A DNA stretch of 44,533 nt, from assembly GCF_004010195.1 (NCBI RefSeq), contig NC_057717.1, forward strand, positions 106,594,405 to 106,638,937, in the 5' to 3' direction. This DNA is from Chiloscyllium plagiosum (lineage: Eukaryota). Below are positions 24,303 to 36,289 of this stretch, in pieces (position 1 is the stretch's first letter; every line of letters starts with the position of its first letter). The position numbers were made by a program, and so were the translations under genes. A model generated the notes under the pieces. The model saw only the letters and a list, made by a program, of their open reading frames with translations, was not told the origin of the DNA and did not search any database.

Positions 24303-25647
24303 GTAAGAATTCTTGAAATCATTTACTTTAAGAAAAGCTTTTTTTTATCCTGGAACATACGGTAATGCTTCAGTCATTCAGCTCCGTGTTCTTCACTGAC
24401 TGGAAAAAGGATTACACTCAGTTCAGTATCTGTTTTTCTCTGTCTCTGAGAGAATGAAGTATTTCATAGACAAAGCTCTACACTGCCTGCACATGCTCAA
24501 ACAAGCATGATACTGCCTTGATGGGCAGTGCCACTACCCTTGGACACACCTGAACTGTATTCACCGTAACTAACAATATATTAATCTGCAGCAGCCAAGG
24601 AGAGTCACAATTAAAATCTGAAAAAGTTAGCCTACAGGAGAGGACAACGTAGATGTGTTGAATGACAGAGGTAATTTGGGGTCAGGAAATAAATGCATAA
24701 AGCAATGTCAAGAATAAATGCCCTCTCTAACATGCCCAATAGGATCATCTTTATTTGATTTATAATAATGATTACATGACAGTGGAAAGTATTCTCTTTG
24801 ATGTTAATGCTAAGTTCCGAATCCCACATAAGTTATTTCACATCTCAAGCTTATTCTTTGTTCTCTCAACGTATTGAGATCATGGCTGGTCTGTAGCCGA
24901 ACTGCTTATTTGCTCCAGGTCTCTTGGTAACTCAGCTGAATCAAAACCCTAACATAAAAAGGAAGGTTATATTAAGAAAGAACTTAGTTGTTTACGTGTG
25001 GAACAACTTACTGCAACCATCAGAACTAACATTCGAAAGAAGATTCATACCGAACTCAAAATGTTAACTCTGTTTCTGTCTCTACAGATGCTGCTAGACT
25101 TGCTGACCTGATTTCTCCAGCATTTGTATCAGAATTACTGTTCCTTATCAACCAGAGAATCACTGACTTAGGAACTCACTGTGTGGGTCAGATTCAATTC
25201 CTGACAAGGAATGATGCTACAAATTAGAAGATGCTGGAAAAGCAGTTTTTATTGGACAGTAACTGGAAAGAGAAATTACTTCCTTTGTAGATACTTCATT
25301 CTATAAATATTCTCCTCGTAATGTTGGTTTCTATCTCAATCCTGACCAGCCACTGATCTCTTCACAGACTGAAACTTTGCGAAACATTTTGCTGTTTTTA
25401 TTTCTGTATCAGATGGCTAATATTAAAACCTGAAATCAGGGTTAAAACCTGTAGCTGACATTTTTACCTCTGCTGGTTCAAGTCACCTGCTGCTACTGAT
25501 AATGGCTAACCAGTCTCTACTGCCCATTATTCACCATCCAATCTGAACTGAGTGAATGTTTGTTTGGAATCCGAAGCTGTTAAGATTCATTCAAAACTGG
25601 ACCTCACCTATAGACAGGTAACTTAATGTACAGCCTCTACTTTTCAG

Positions 25648-25868
25648 TGTTGAAAAGTGTGGCGCTGGAAAAGCACAGCAGGTCAGGCAGCATCTGAGGA
25701 ACAGCAAAATCGATATTTCGGGCATAAGCCCTTCATCAGGAATGATGAAAGGCTTATGCCCAAAACGTCAACTCTCCTGCTCCTCAGATGCTGCCTGACC
25801 TGCTGTGCTTTTCCAGCGCCACACGTTTCGACTCTGACTCTCCTGCATCTACAATCCTCACTTTCTCC
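25648..25868. mobile_element. Fold-back PLE end insertion with hammerhead core
   Basis: ~90-bp imperfect inverted arms centred at ~25740. The minus strand at 25712-25739 reads CTGATGAAGGGCTTATGCCCGAAATATC. A decayed flanking duplication GCCTCTA..TTTCA is present. Confidence 0.85.
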
Positions 25869-26534
25869 TCGCCTCTAAGTTTCAATTAAGTTACCCACAA
25901 CACCCTCCCCACTAGAATGGAAATTCGCAAGTGAAATGTTCTCACGTATGCTGAAACCTTATTTCCCAAAAAGAGTTGGGTGTACACTTGAAAAGGACAT
26001 TACTGAGCACTGGCTCTGCAGTTGGTTCCTGCAACTTCTAGAGCGTCCTATACTCTGTAAAGTATGGCAAAGTGGAGGCCAGGAGCCAAGTTTACACCTA
26101 TTAATGTTTGCTCATATTGACAGGGAACACCTTCAAGCAAGACTTCTCTTGAGTCTTATTAGACCTGGAATTTCCTTCGGATAACCTTTCTGTGCCAAAG
26201 TAGCACAGTCTTCCCAGAGATAAAGTGTAAGTGTCTATTTTACAATCTGTACAGTCAGGGTTTCTAATTCATATATGTGTCAACATTTGTATTAGCATCA
26301 CTGTCCTGTATTCATGTTGCTAGTTTGAGTGTTTTGTGGTTTAATAACCAATTGGATTATATTGTAGGAAGAGATTATTTAATCAGATTCCAGGTCAAGA
26401 ACAATTTGTGGCCAGAACACAGTTTTGGAAGAAGTGGATGTAGCAGAATGCAACACAGGAAGGATCACCACCCAACTAAAAAACCTTGAATGTTTAGACA
26501 GAAGGCCATGATCAGGTTCTCTTTACTGATTATC

Positions 26535-26890
26535 AGTCTGTGGGCATGGCTGGAAGGGCAGCATTTATTACCAGTCCCTAACTGCTGAATTTTGTTGAAC
26601 TTGTGACTTGCTTGTCCATTTGGGAGTATAATTAAGAGTCAACCACATAACTGTGGAATTGGAATCACAGGTAGGCATGACTGAGTGAGGACAGCAGATT
26701 TCTGTCCTGAAAGGACCAGATGGGTCATTTACAACAACCATGGTCTCTGTAACTGAAACTAGTTGTCGATTCTAGATTTATTCATTGAGTTCAAACTCAA
26801 CCAGATGCCATGCTTGGATTTACACTTGTGTGCCCAGGGCTTTAGCCTGGCCTCTGAATCATTAGCCTTGTAACATTCTACTACCCCACC
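26535..26890 (-). mobile_element. Deu-domain (SacSINE1-like) SINE, old
   Basis: TTAAGAGTCAACCACA, GGACAGCAGATTTC and a tRNA-like head on the minus strand. Similar to 143-840. Confidence 0.6.
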
Positions 26891-26985
26891 TCCTTTCCCA
26901 ATGCTGCCTGATCCTCCAGAACCTGAAACAACTCTAACTTGCTTTACAACCACCAGTCTCTGAACAAAGTTACCCAGTCTGTTAC

Positions 26986-27116
26986 CATTCCTGATGAAGG
27001 GCTTATGTCTGAAATGTCAACTCTCCTGCTCCTCAGATGCTGCCTGACCTGCTGTGCTTTTCCAGTGCCACACTTTTCAACTTTGATCTCCAGCATCTGC
27101 AATCCTCACTTTCTCC
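26986..27116 (+). mobile_element. PLE 3' terminal fragment
   Basis: CTGATGAAGGGCTTATGTCTGAAATGTC…CAGCATCTGCAATCCTCACTTTCTCC. Confidence 0.85.
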
Positions 27117-28778
27117 CAGATGGAATATAACAAATCATTCATCTCCCAGGTGAGGATGGATGAACTGACTCCTCTTTATTTACCCACCCTCTGGATGGTC
27201 ACAACAAGGTTAATGTAAAAAGATCCCTTCAATTTTGATATCTTTCTCCCAGACCAAATGAATTTATGTTTTTAAAGGAGCCAATTTAGTCAGAATTTCT
27301 TGAGTTAGCAAAACAGTGAGTTTTATTGATTAGTAAACATGAGAAGAAATAATAACACAGCAGATTAGGAATATGAAATTAGTCCAAAATAAATAAAAGT
27401 GTTAAAAAAAAGATAAACATGTCAGTCTCATTTGTGAAGAGAAGATAGTAGAACATTGTGGCCATTACATTGGGTACATGTAGAGGTTACTTTGGTAGTT
27501 AAACAGACAATTTTGAGATTATTGATTTTGCAGGTTGACTAAAATTCTTCAATCCTGATTGATTTCGGCCTTGATGGCTGGCTGGCAGCATTCGTAATGA
27601 GAAACCATTTTTCCTTTCTTCACTTCCAGTACAGGGGTATTTAATGGCTGTTCTCAAGTTGTGACCTGCACAGCAGTATAATCCACATATCAGGTATCAG
27701 ACATTAAAACATACAGACCGGTGGCTTTAGGGAATTTTTAGCTGTGTTTATGCATATCCCTGGAAGGGTAACATCTAAAGATGTCTGTGGGAGACAGTGG
27801 GGTAGTCTGTCTCTCGTTATCTTTTCCTTAGCAGCAAATTTAGTATTCCATTTTTAAAAACATGCATGTTGGAATGATAAGCTCACATGTCCATAGCTGA
27901 TCCCAAGGTTATGACACTTGTTTATTGGATTCAGATTCCTCCTTGTGAGCAAATCTGTTTCTGATTTTTGAATTTTAAATAGCTTCACAGCAAAATCCCT
28001 CAAACATATTATCATTACTTACCCTGTGAACACTGCGAGATTTAACAATGAATTTAGTCAAATTCGCTAATTCATTAAATGGACGAAGTTTTAAACAATT
28101 CTGCAGTTAATTATTTTAGTAATTTAAAGATTTGTTTGCCATGAGAAAAGACATTTGGATAGGAATACATGAATAGGAGAGATTTGAAGGGATATGAGCC
28201 AGGAGCAGGTAGGTGGAACTAGTTAGTTTGCGATTATGGTCAGCATGGACTTGGCTGCACTTGCTATATGATCAATTACTCTATAAGTAAACAGGTTCAT
28301 TCATAACTGATCACATAAATCATGCATTGGTGATATAGAGAGAGAGTTCAGGCTGCTGACAGCTTATTGAACACACCATAGAAAAGAGTCATCCAGATTC
28401 AAGGGTCCCCAAATCCATCTCTGCTATGAACACAATGAATTAAGCTCAGCCACTAATATCAATCTCTTAACAGTTACAAAGTATTGTAGATGCAGGAGAC
28501 ATTGTTAGTTGACAGTATCCGTGGAAAAAGGAAGGGTCTGATTCTCTCTCCACAAATGGTGTGCAGTGTTTCCTGCATTTTCCATTTTTGTCCTTCAACA
28601 TTCTCAGCAAAATGCTGATTTTAAAAAAAATAAAAATGCTGGAAACATGCAGCAAATTAGGCAGTACTTATTGAAAATGTTGTAAATGGTCAATGATACA
28701 AACTGACAGCCTTTTTTTAAGCCCATGAAGTAGTGTTACACTTTCAGAAACCAAACTAGATTAACCAAATAAATAAGA

Positions 28779-29106
28779 TAGAATCATGGAATCCCTACAG
28801 TGTGGAAGCATTCAGCCCATCAAATCCACACTGATCCTCTGATAAGCACCCCACCCAGGCCCACCCCATCTCTGTAACCGTGCATTTCCCATGGCTAACC
28901 CAGCTAGCCTACACATTCATGGACACTGTGGGGCAACTTAACATGCAATCCACCTAACCGGCACATCTTTGGATTGTAGGAGGAAACCAGAGTACCCATA
29001 AGAAACCTATGCAGACACAGGGAGAATGTGCAAACTCCACACAGACAGTTGCCCGAGGAATTGAACCCAGGTCCCTGGCACTGACCACTGAGTCACCTTG
29101 TTACCC
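28779..29106 (-). mobile_element. HE1-like V-SINE (tRNA-derived)
   Basis: The minus strand has box B GGGTTCAATTCC, the V-domain CTGTGTGGAGTTTGCACATTCTCCCTGTGTCTGC…GGTTTCCTCC, and a CR1-like tail. Confidence 0.9.
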
Positions 29107-29354
29107 TAAAATTGTGTGGGGTGAGAGTAGTCCAAGTTGGGTTGTGAGTCCTGTTTGACTCATCTCACACACTGAACTCACACGGCCAGCCAGAAGCTCT
29201 TCCCATTCTTAGTAGAAGCTGCATCCACATCCAGGTTTGTCTTGGAACTGCTTCTCCTGTTTTCTACTACTGCCTGGTGACTTCCTCACCTGAATCAGGT
29301 GATACCCTGCAAGGGTTGTGATTAGCTCTTGTCTCAGATCTTTCCTGAGGACAT

Positions 29355-30043
29355 GAATAAGTACTGTGACAAGAGCAGGTCAGGGGTTAGGAATACTGCA
29401 ACGTGTAACTCACCTCCTGACTTCCCAAAGCCTGACCACCACAAGGCACAAGTCAGGAGTGTGAAGGAATACTTCCTACTTGCCTGGATGGGTGCTCCAA
29501 CAACACTAAAGAAGTTTGACACTATCCAGAACAAGGCAGCCCAACTGATTGACACCACATCCAACAAATTCCTTCCCTCCATCACTAGCACTCAGTGGAA
29601 GTAATGTGTATCATCTACGAAATGGACTCCAGAAATTCATTAGGGCTCCTTGGACTGTATCTTCCAAACCAACCACCACTACCAAGACAGCAACTACATG
29701 GGAACACCACTATCTGCAAGTTCCCCTTAGAGCCAGTCATCATTCTGACTTGGAACTATTTTGCCATTCCTTCAGTATCACTGGGTCAAAATCCTGCAAC
29801 TCCCTCCCTCATTGCATTATTGATGGACTTACACCAAATGGACTGCAGAAATTCAAGAAGCAGCTCACTACTGCCTTCTCAAGGACAAAAGGCATCTGGA
29901 TGGGTATGTGAATAGGAAGGGTTTAGAGGGCTTTGGGCCAAATGCTGCCAATTGGCCTAGATTAATTTAGGATATCTGGTCAGCATGGAGGAGTTGGACC
30001 GAACGGTCTGTTTCCCTGCTGTACAGATCTATAACTCTATAAC
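29355..30043 (+). mobile_element. CR1-group LINE 3' fragment followed by a CR1 3' tail
   Basis: KAQVRSVKEY..LAWMGAPTTLKKFDTIQNKAAQLI. From ~29886 the sequence matches the CR1 tail at 13810-13965. Confidence 0.85.
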
Positions 30044-30159
30044 TTGTGATTAGTAATAAATGCTGATCCATAACCCCTAGTTTAAAATTAATTTAAGAAG
30101 CTCAGTAAAGCTTTCATTTGCAGTCACACATTAAAGATCACATTATCAATTCAAAATCT

Positions 30160-30815
30160 ATCCTGCAGAGATCTTCCTGCACATCCAAACACTTAATCTA
30201 TTGTGTCCATTGCTCTCAATGTGGTCTCCGCTACACTGGGGAGACAGGACGCCAACTCCCGGAACATTTCAGGGAACATCTCTGGGACACACACACACTC
30301 CGTGGCCGACCACTTCAACTCCCCCTCCCACTCTGCCAAGGAAATGCAACCCCTGGGCCTCCTCTACCGTCAAATCCAAGCCAGGAGGAAGAATGCCTCA
30401 TCTTCTGCCTTGGCACCCTCCAACCACACGGCATCAACATCAACTTCACCAGGTTCCTCATTTCCCTTCCACTCACCTCAACCCAGATCCAACCCTCCAA
30501 CTCGGCACCGCCCTCTTGAACTGTCCTACGTGTCCATCTTCCTTCCCACCGATCCGCTCCACCCTCCACTCCAAGCTATTCACCTGCATCTACCTATCAC
30601 CTTCCCAGCTACCTTTCCCCCATTCCCACTCTCCTAATTATCTTTCAGCTGCCTTCACCTCCCCGACCCCTCCTCCCATCCTCACATTCCTGACGAAGAG
30701 TTTATGCCTGAAACATTGACTCTCCTGCTTCTCAGATGCTGCCTGACTTGCTGTGCTTTTCTAGCACTATACTCTTTGACTCTGATCTCCAGCATCTGCA
30801 GTCCTCACTGTCTCT
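30160..30815 (+). mobile_element. Penelope-like element 3' part (GIY-YIG domain)
   Basis: SCTSKHLIYCVHCSQCGLRYTGETGRQLPEHFREHL (GIY-YIG with CxxC), decayed hammerhead CTGACGA…GAAAC at 30690, and the standard terminus. Confidence 0.92.
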
Positions 30816-31186
30816 CAATAATCAAAACATTCAACTGACTCATGTATGAAACAGGTGAGACATATGATGGTCACCATCTGAACACACCTGACTAACTAAC
30901 TTTACGGATACACAGCATTTTAAAACAAGCCTGAGGTCTGGTACAACTCAGTGCAGTGTCTGATAAATGCACACTGTATAGAGTGTGAAACGGCTAATTG
31001 TTATCTGAGGCTGTGTCTGGAAGCATGTCCAGCAATGTTAAAGATTTGGTGGGAGCAGCTTTCAATCTGTTATTACTATTCTCCCTGCTTCTTGATTCTA
31101 CTCTTTACCAAAGTACTCCAACCAACTATGGTTCTCGTGAAACCATTGCTGTGACACAGGTCTGCATCCAACTTCCACAAAAATAC

Positions 31187-31275
31187 TCACACACACACAC
31201 GCACACATACAGACACACAAAGATGGGCAGGCATAGACACACACAGACAGACAGACATACAGATACGCATGCACA
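31187..31275. repeat. Imperfect (CA)n / (CAGA)n microsatellite
   Basis: CACACACACACAC…CAGACAGACAGAC. Confidence 0.85.
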
Positions 31276-31758
31276 TTCCTGGAAGCTTGCCCGTTCTGCC
31301 TATTGCTTTACATATATTTGACAAAGACCATAAACAGTGCATCAGGGCCCTAGTCTAACAGCCATTCTGTTCTCTAATATATCCCAGTACCTCCCCTCCC
31401 CCACATAATCACTATAACAAAGAGTCAATTCTGTGGAGCACACTGCAGCTCTTATTTCACAAACCTGCCTGCAGTCTCTTTCCCAGGAAATCTGAAACCT
31501 GAAGCTAATGCAGCTGCTGTGCTGCACAAAGCTTGGAATAATTTCAGGATAGGAAGTGTGGGCTGAATTTGCCATTCTTAGTCTGTGTGAATCATTTCTC
31601 TGCACTGAATTATGGCACAACTTTAAAACTCCGGCAACCCAGGACATGAGGCAGAGATGAACAGGACACCCAGGCTGGAAAGTATTCCGTTTTTATAAGG
31701 TGGATTAATATGTCAATGTGTTGGTCTTACAACCTGGTTGAATGTGTTCTCATCACAG

Positions 31759-31782
31759 ATATCCAGACAAAGCTGAGAACAG
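31759..31782 (+). CDS. Candidate 24-nt microexon (phase 2 to 2; YPDKAEN)
   Basis: Acceptor GTTCTCATCACAG|, donor CAG|GTCAGA. Length is a multiple of 3. Confidence 0.3.
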
Positions 31783-32060
31783 GTCAGAGTGTGGCTCAGT
31801 CTGAAGAAACAGCATACTGAGCAGCTAAATCTGTCCTGTTCTGGTAACCAAACAAAGACAGAGCAGTCCAACACAATCTACCCAGTCTTTGGTTGTGATG
31901 CTGCCCAATCTCTGCACTGAGCTGTAGACGACACAAATGATTAAAAAAAAATGAAATAGTCAGGGAAGAACAAGCGGTTAAGAATAAAGAGCAGGAAAAA
32001 GGGAACCGTCTGGTTGATTGACTTGCAGAGCTGTTGACGTTCCTAGGTTTCTCTCTGTAG

Positions 32061-32193
32061 GGATTCAATGAGAATAGATTTGATTGCATGCAGAAGGTTG
32101 GAAGGAATGAACGTCAGTTACAGCATTCACTGTCCAGGAGCAGAAAGCAGATATCACAACTCACAAAGCCAAGCATTCCAGCCTTGTCATACG
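32061..32193 (+). CDS. Candidate 133-nt coding exon (phase 2 to 0; DSMRIDLIACRRLEGMNVSYSIHCPGAESRYHNSQSQAFQPCHT)
   Basis: Acceptor TTTCTCTCTGTAG|, donor ACG|GTATTG. Lies in a repeat-poor island and is frame-compatible. Confidence 0.45.
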
Positions 32194-32774
32194 GTATTGT
32201 TTAAGAGTGAAATTTTATACATATACAGTAATCTGCTGCATGTGCAAACTGCACCAGGCAATTAAGGAGGGTTGCACTGAACAAGAGTACACAGAGTGAA
32301 GCAAACAGGGCACGGAACTGTTTCCGGCCTCTCCTTGAGCTTTTCTCATTGCTGAGTTCGATGGGACAGCCCACCTGAAAATGTAAAGGAGTATGAGAAC
32401 AGACCCATCTTGGGAAAAACTCCAACTCCAATTCTCCATTATTTCCTGGAGAATATGCAACTCTTTAAGAATAGAACAACAGAGGAGAAACCAAGGAGAA
32501 TGCCCTTCTCTACACTACTTAAATATGGCGTTTAGATCCTTGACAGGATCTCTGAAGGCCATAAGTTGCAATGCCATGTTTGGGATGGCGTCATTGCTGG
32601 CAATGCCAACATTATTTACCCAATTCTAGTAGCTCATTAAGTTGGGATGTTATAAGACATGCTGATCAATTTTAAATGTGGAAGGGAGGGATTTTCCATG
32701 TATCTACTGCTGCAGTCAGTTTGGATGTTGGAGATCACATTGAAGCTTAATGCAGCTCTCCCAGTTCTTCAAAA

Positions 32775-33197
32775 ATACCTTGGATAGGCTGGGACTTTTT
32801 TCACCGGAGCATAGGAAGTTGAGGGGTGACTTTTTAGAGGTTTCTAAAATCATGAGGGGTATAGATAAGGTGAATGGTAGATGTCTTTTCCCTAGGGTGG
32901 GGGATGTCAAGACCAGGGAGCTCATTTTTAAGGTGGGAGGAGAAAGATTTTAAAAAGACTTGAGCAGAACATTTTTTGCACAGAGAGTGGTTCATGTGTG
33001 GAATGCAGTTCTAAAGGAAGTGGTAGATGTGGGTATAGTCAAAACATTTAAAAGATAATTAGATAAGTACATGAATAAGAAATGTTTGGAGGGATATGGG
33101 CCAAGTGCAGGCAGGTAGGACTATTTAATTTGGGACAATTTTCAGCATGGTCTGCTTGGACTGAAGGGTCTGTTCTGGGCTGCATGACTCTCTGATT
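32775..33197 (+). mobile_element. CR1 LINE 3' fragment
   Basis: LDRLGLFSPEHRKLRGDFLEVSKIMRGIDKV plus a 3' UTR/tail. Confidence 0.9.
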
Positions 33198-33239
33198 CGA
33201 TGGAGGTCCACCCATGGATTTGACCAAGGAACAGAAACA

Positions 33240-33526
33240 GAAACAGAAAATAGAAATAAGAGTAGGCTATTCGATCCTTCAAGCCATTCCAGGTGCTCCA
33301 CCATTCAATTCATCTATGGTTGATCAACTCATTTCCCTGTTCCTGCTTTCTCCAATAATCTTTGATTTCTTTAGCCTGAAGAATTGTATCTAACTCCTTC
33401 TTGAAAATTTTCAATGTTTTGACATCAACTGTTTTCTGTGACAGAGAATTCCACAGGTTCACATTCTCTGGGTACAGACATCCCTCCTCATATCAGTACT
33501 AAATGGCCCATCCCACATCCTTAAAG
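33240..33526 (-). mobile_element. CR1 LINE 3' fragment (old)
   Basis: GAAATAAGAGTAGGCTATTCGATCC…ATCTAACTCCTTCTTGAA…GAGAATTCCACAGGTTCAC, the reverse of the CR1 3' end seen at 11170-11420. Confidence 0.75.
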
Positions 33527-33981
33527 AATGACCTGCAGGAAATGCAGTCAGATCCTGATCCTCACCGAACGAGTTAGGGAACTGGAACTGGAGTTGGATG
33601 AACTGAGGATTATTCGAGAGGCTGAGAGGGTGATTGATAGGAGCTACAGGGACAAAGTTACGCCGGAGAACAGAAGTAGCTGGGTAACAGTTAGAGGTGG
33701 GAAGGGGAAGAAGCAGGCAGTGCAGGGTTCCCCTGTGGTCGTTCCCCTAAAAAATAAGTATACAGCTTTGGAAACTGTTGGGGGGACAGCGTTGCAGGTG
33801 TAAGCTGCAGTGAAGGGGTCTGTGGCTCTGAGACTCAGAAGGGAAAGGGGGAGAGGAGGAGAGCGCTAGTTATAGGGGACTCTCTAGTTAGAGGGACGGA
33901 CAGGCGGTTCTGTGGACATGGGCGAGACTCACGGATGATTTGTTGCCTCCCGGGTGCTAGGGTCCGAGACGTCTCAGACCC
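33527..33981 (+). mobile_element. Young CR1 LINE ORF1 fragment (zinc finger/leucine zipper plus start of SGNH esterase domain)
   Basis: TCRKC..LTERVRELELELDELR..KNKYTALETV, then after a 1-nt shift in a G6 run ALVIGDSLVRGTDRRFCGHGRDSRMICCLPGARVRDVSD. CpGs are retained. Confidence 0.9.
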
Positions 33982-34352
33982 TGTTTCTTATCTGTATGTA
34001 ACCAGAATGGAATGTGTTTTTTAGCCTTGCTCTGCTGTTCACATGAATGTTTATATCTGGAAAAGAGTATATCAGCTGGAAAAGTCTCCAGTTCGGTGAG
34101 TCTGCTCCGGGGTTACGTTTAACCGCCGAGCGTGGGTTGTTGGCAACCGCTCTACGAGAACTGACGGCTCCCAGTTCCGGTAACATGTAGAGTGAGTATA
34201 AACCAGACCCGTTGTAAGTACGAGACCTGGTTGAGGCGACACTGCGGGGAATAAAATACTTATATTCTAGCAAACTCGTCTCTCAGTTCTTTTCTCCTGG
34301 TCTGTGTCAGACTACTCTCCTGCGAACCCGATCCTTGAGAATTTATAAAACA
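33982..34352 (+). mobile_element. Solo LTR-like element (young, CpG-rich), no TSD
   Basis: Termini TGTTT…AAACA, TATAAA at ~34197, AATAAA at ~34250, and many intact CpGs. Confidence 0.6.
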
Positions 34353-34399
34353 GTACTGAAAATGGAACCTGTGACTTTTACAAGAATATCTCCACCTTG

Positions 34400-35282
34400 T
34401 ACCAAAAAGAAAAAAGGGACTTTAATAAAAACCCACAGAATCTCGAACAGCCCCGGAGTGGCCCATGCGAAAGGCAAGTGGGGAATAGATATGCGGTATA
34501 GATCACAGGAAAACCAGATGGACTATCATGATATTGAGAAGCCTACCCTCTGGCCAGCAGAATAACAGGCTCTGACTGAAGCCTGCAGGACAGCACAGGA
34601 TCGGTCTGCCAACTTTTACGCACACTCCCACTGTACTGCAGAATGTAATCTTATTATCTTACTGTCAGGTACTAAGCAATGCTGTAAGTTCTGCTGCCTC
34701 ACAGATATCGGGTGCCTGGAAAGACCTGCCAAAGGAAGTTCACGACACCATACCAGACCAGTGGGTTCTTGTGAAGACAACCCACAAGGAATCCTTAGGC
34801 ATGAAGGTGGGAAGGATCATACCAGGTGCTGATCACCCAGTTGGCTGTCAAGGTCTGAGGAAAGGAGGCCTGGAATCAGACCTCCCAACAGGCATCCCAC
34901 AATACAACGGGACCAGAGACTGACTGACCACCATGATGCTTGTTGTTGTTATTTCAACTGTGCATGTTTTCTTTTTGTAAAGCGCAGTTGCCAAAATATT
35001 GAAAGTATGTAAGGTAAGATAAGAATTGTGTGGTTCTCTTCAAAAGGTCACAGTCAAATCAAAAAGTGGCGGGGGGGGACAGTGAGATATTGTGTTTTAG
35101 GTTATCTTCAGTAACTCACTCACCAGCTCACTATTTTCATTAATACTAGGTTCCCATTCATTCATTCTCCTTTACTAACCCATTATTTACTATAATACTG
35201 TTTGTTTCATAATATTTTGCTATCATAAGAAAGACCAAATTTAAAACAGTGCTTTCTCATCAAACGACCTTTGCAAACCCAT
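34400..35282 (+). mobile_element. Degenerate, internally deleted class I (gamma/epsilon-like) endogenous retrovirus remnant
   Basis: 34642-34890 reads LLSYCQVLSNAVSSAASQISGAWKDLPKEVHDTIPDQWVLVKTTHKESLG/RWEGSYQVLITQLAVKV*GKEAW (integrase C-terminus, GPY/F-like). PPT-like AAAAAGTGGCGGGGGGGGAC at 35061-35080 precedes a probable 3' LTR. Confidence 0.75.
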
Positions 35283-35284
35283 TA

Positions 35285-35900
35285 CAGAGGAACCTCGATT
35301 ATCTGAATTTCGGATTATCCGAAGATGATCTCAATGTTACAAAGAGGTAAGTGTATTTGATTTACCTGTACTGAAGAACATGTGAAAATGTTGGCAAAAA
35401 CAAAGAAACACAAGCACCTCAAGTATCAGCAATTGGATTTTCTTTAGTTAAGAGTTAGTTACACAGCTACTTGCAAAAGTAAGCATTTTACAGGGTAGTG
35501 CCATCACTTTAGCGTACCGTTCATGAAAAAAAAAATGGCTGAGAAAGTAAACGCATACGTGAGGTGGTGCTTCTGTCTTTCTCTCGTGACACTGAATTCA
35601 CAGAAACTGACAAATGCTTTTGTGGTCGTAGAAGCTGTTTGGGACCTTGTTTAATTCTGGAATTTCATATACAGTATTTATGTGATGGCTAGGGTTTAGT
35701 CCTTCTCAGTTTAACCTGTAATTTGCAGAATGCAAAGATTAGTTTATTTAAATAGCAAATTCATGAAAATTATACATTTAAACAAATTCTCCGGTACAGC
35801 ACAGCATTACATCAATAAGGCTTCTCTCGTTTAAGGTAAAATCAATTATCTGAACGAAATAGTGCCCACCTATCTCGTTCAGATAATCAAGGTTCCTCTG
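35285..35900. mobile_element. Non-autonomous Tc1/mariner-superfamily (pogo/Tigger-like) MITE
   Basis: 23-bp TIRs CAGAGGAACCT(C/T)GATTATCTGAA (22/23 match), TA target duplication at 35283-84 and 35901-02, subterminal ATTATC(C/T)GAA repeats, and no transposase ORF. Confidence 0.93.
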
Positions 35901-36289
35901 TACTGCTTTATCACACCTTCTCTGCCCTTGCAACAAGCAGTATTTGCCTCTGAATAAGTGTAGCATACAGAACAATACCAGCCCCATCATGTCTCTACAA
36001 ATCATGATAATATTAATCAGCCCTTTAGCAACCATTTCCCAGACCTGAATAGATTACAGAACACCAAACATTTTCCTCAATCAGTACGTACTTGGTAAAT
36101 GCCTTTTAACTGGGCTGTTTCCCTTTAAGATACTAACTGTCAAAACAGCGTTCAAATGAAATTGCATGAATACTACCAGCAAGTAGTAAATAAATCTCAC
36201 AACCCAGCTGCAGTAGTTAATTTAATATTCTTTTATTGAAGTACATGTATAATTTCTAACCTATTTAGAGCCTATTAGAGCATTACGTG

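Noticed and set aside
25423..25617. + strand exon candidate (TTTCTGTATCAG|…CAG|GTAACT)
   Set aside because: It has stops in the frame required by the exon chain. It could only be non-coding or a poison exon, and there is no support for either.
27125..28015. Possible old solo LTR
   Set aside because: It resembles an LTR-type repeat, but TG…CA ends and a TSD could not be established.
29020..29106. tRNA gene
   Set aside because: The box-B-like motif is the decayed head of a SINE, with no cloverleaf. The same applies to 143-230.
32061..32193. Naming the candidate gene from remembered similarity (YSIHCP vs GRAMD2A YSLHWP; IDLIACRRLEGMN vs ferlin-type C2 strands)
   Set aside because: Only a few residues match from memory, and the expected following exons are not found. 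No gene symbol is justified.
33982..35282. 33982-34352 as the 5' LTR of the ERV remnant
   Set aside because: No TGG-starting primer-binding site follows it, it does not resemble the sequence after the PPT, and it looks much younger.
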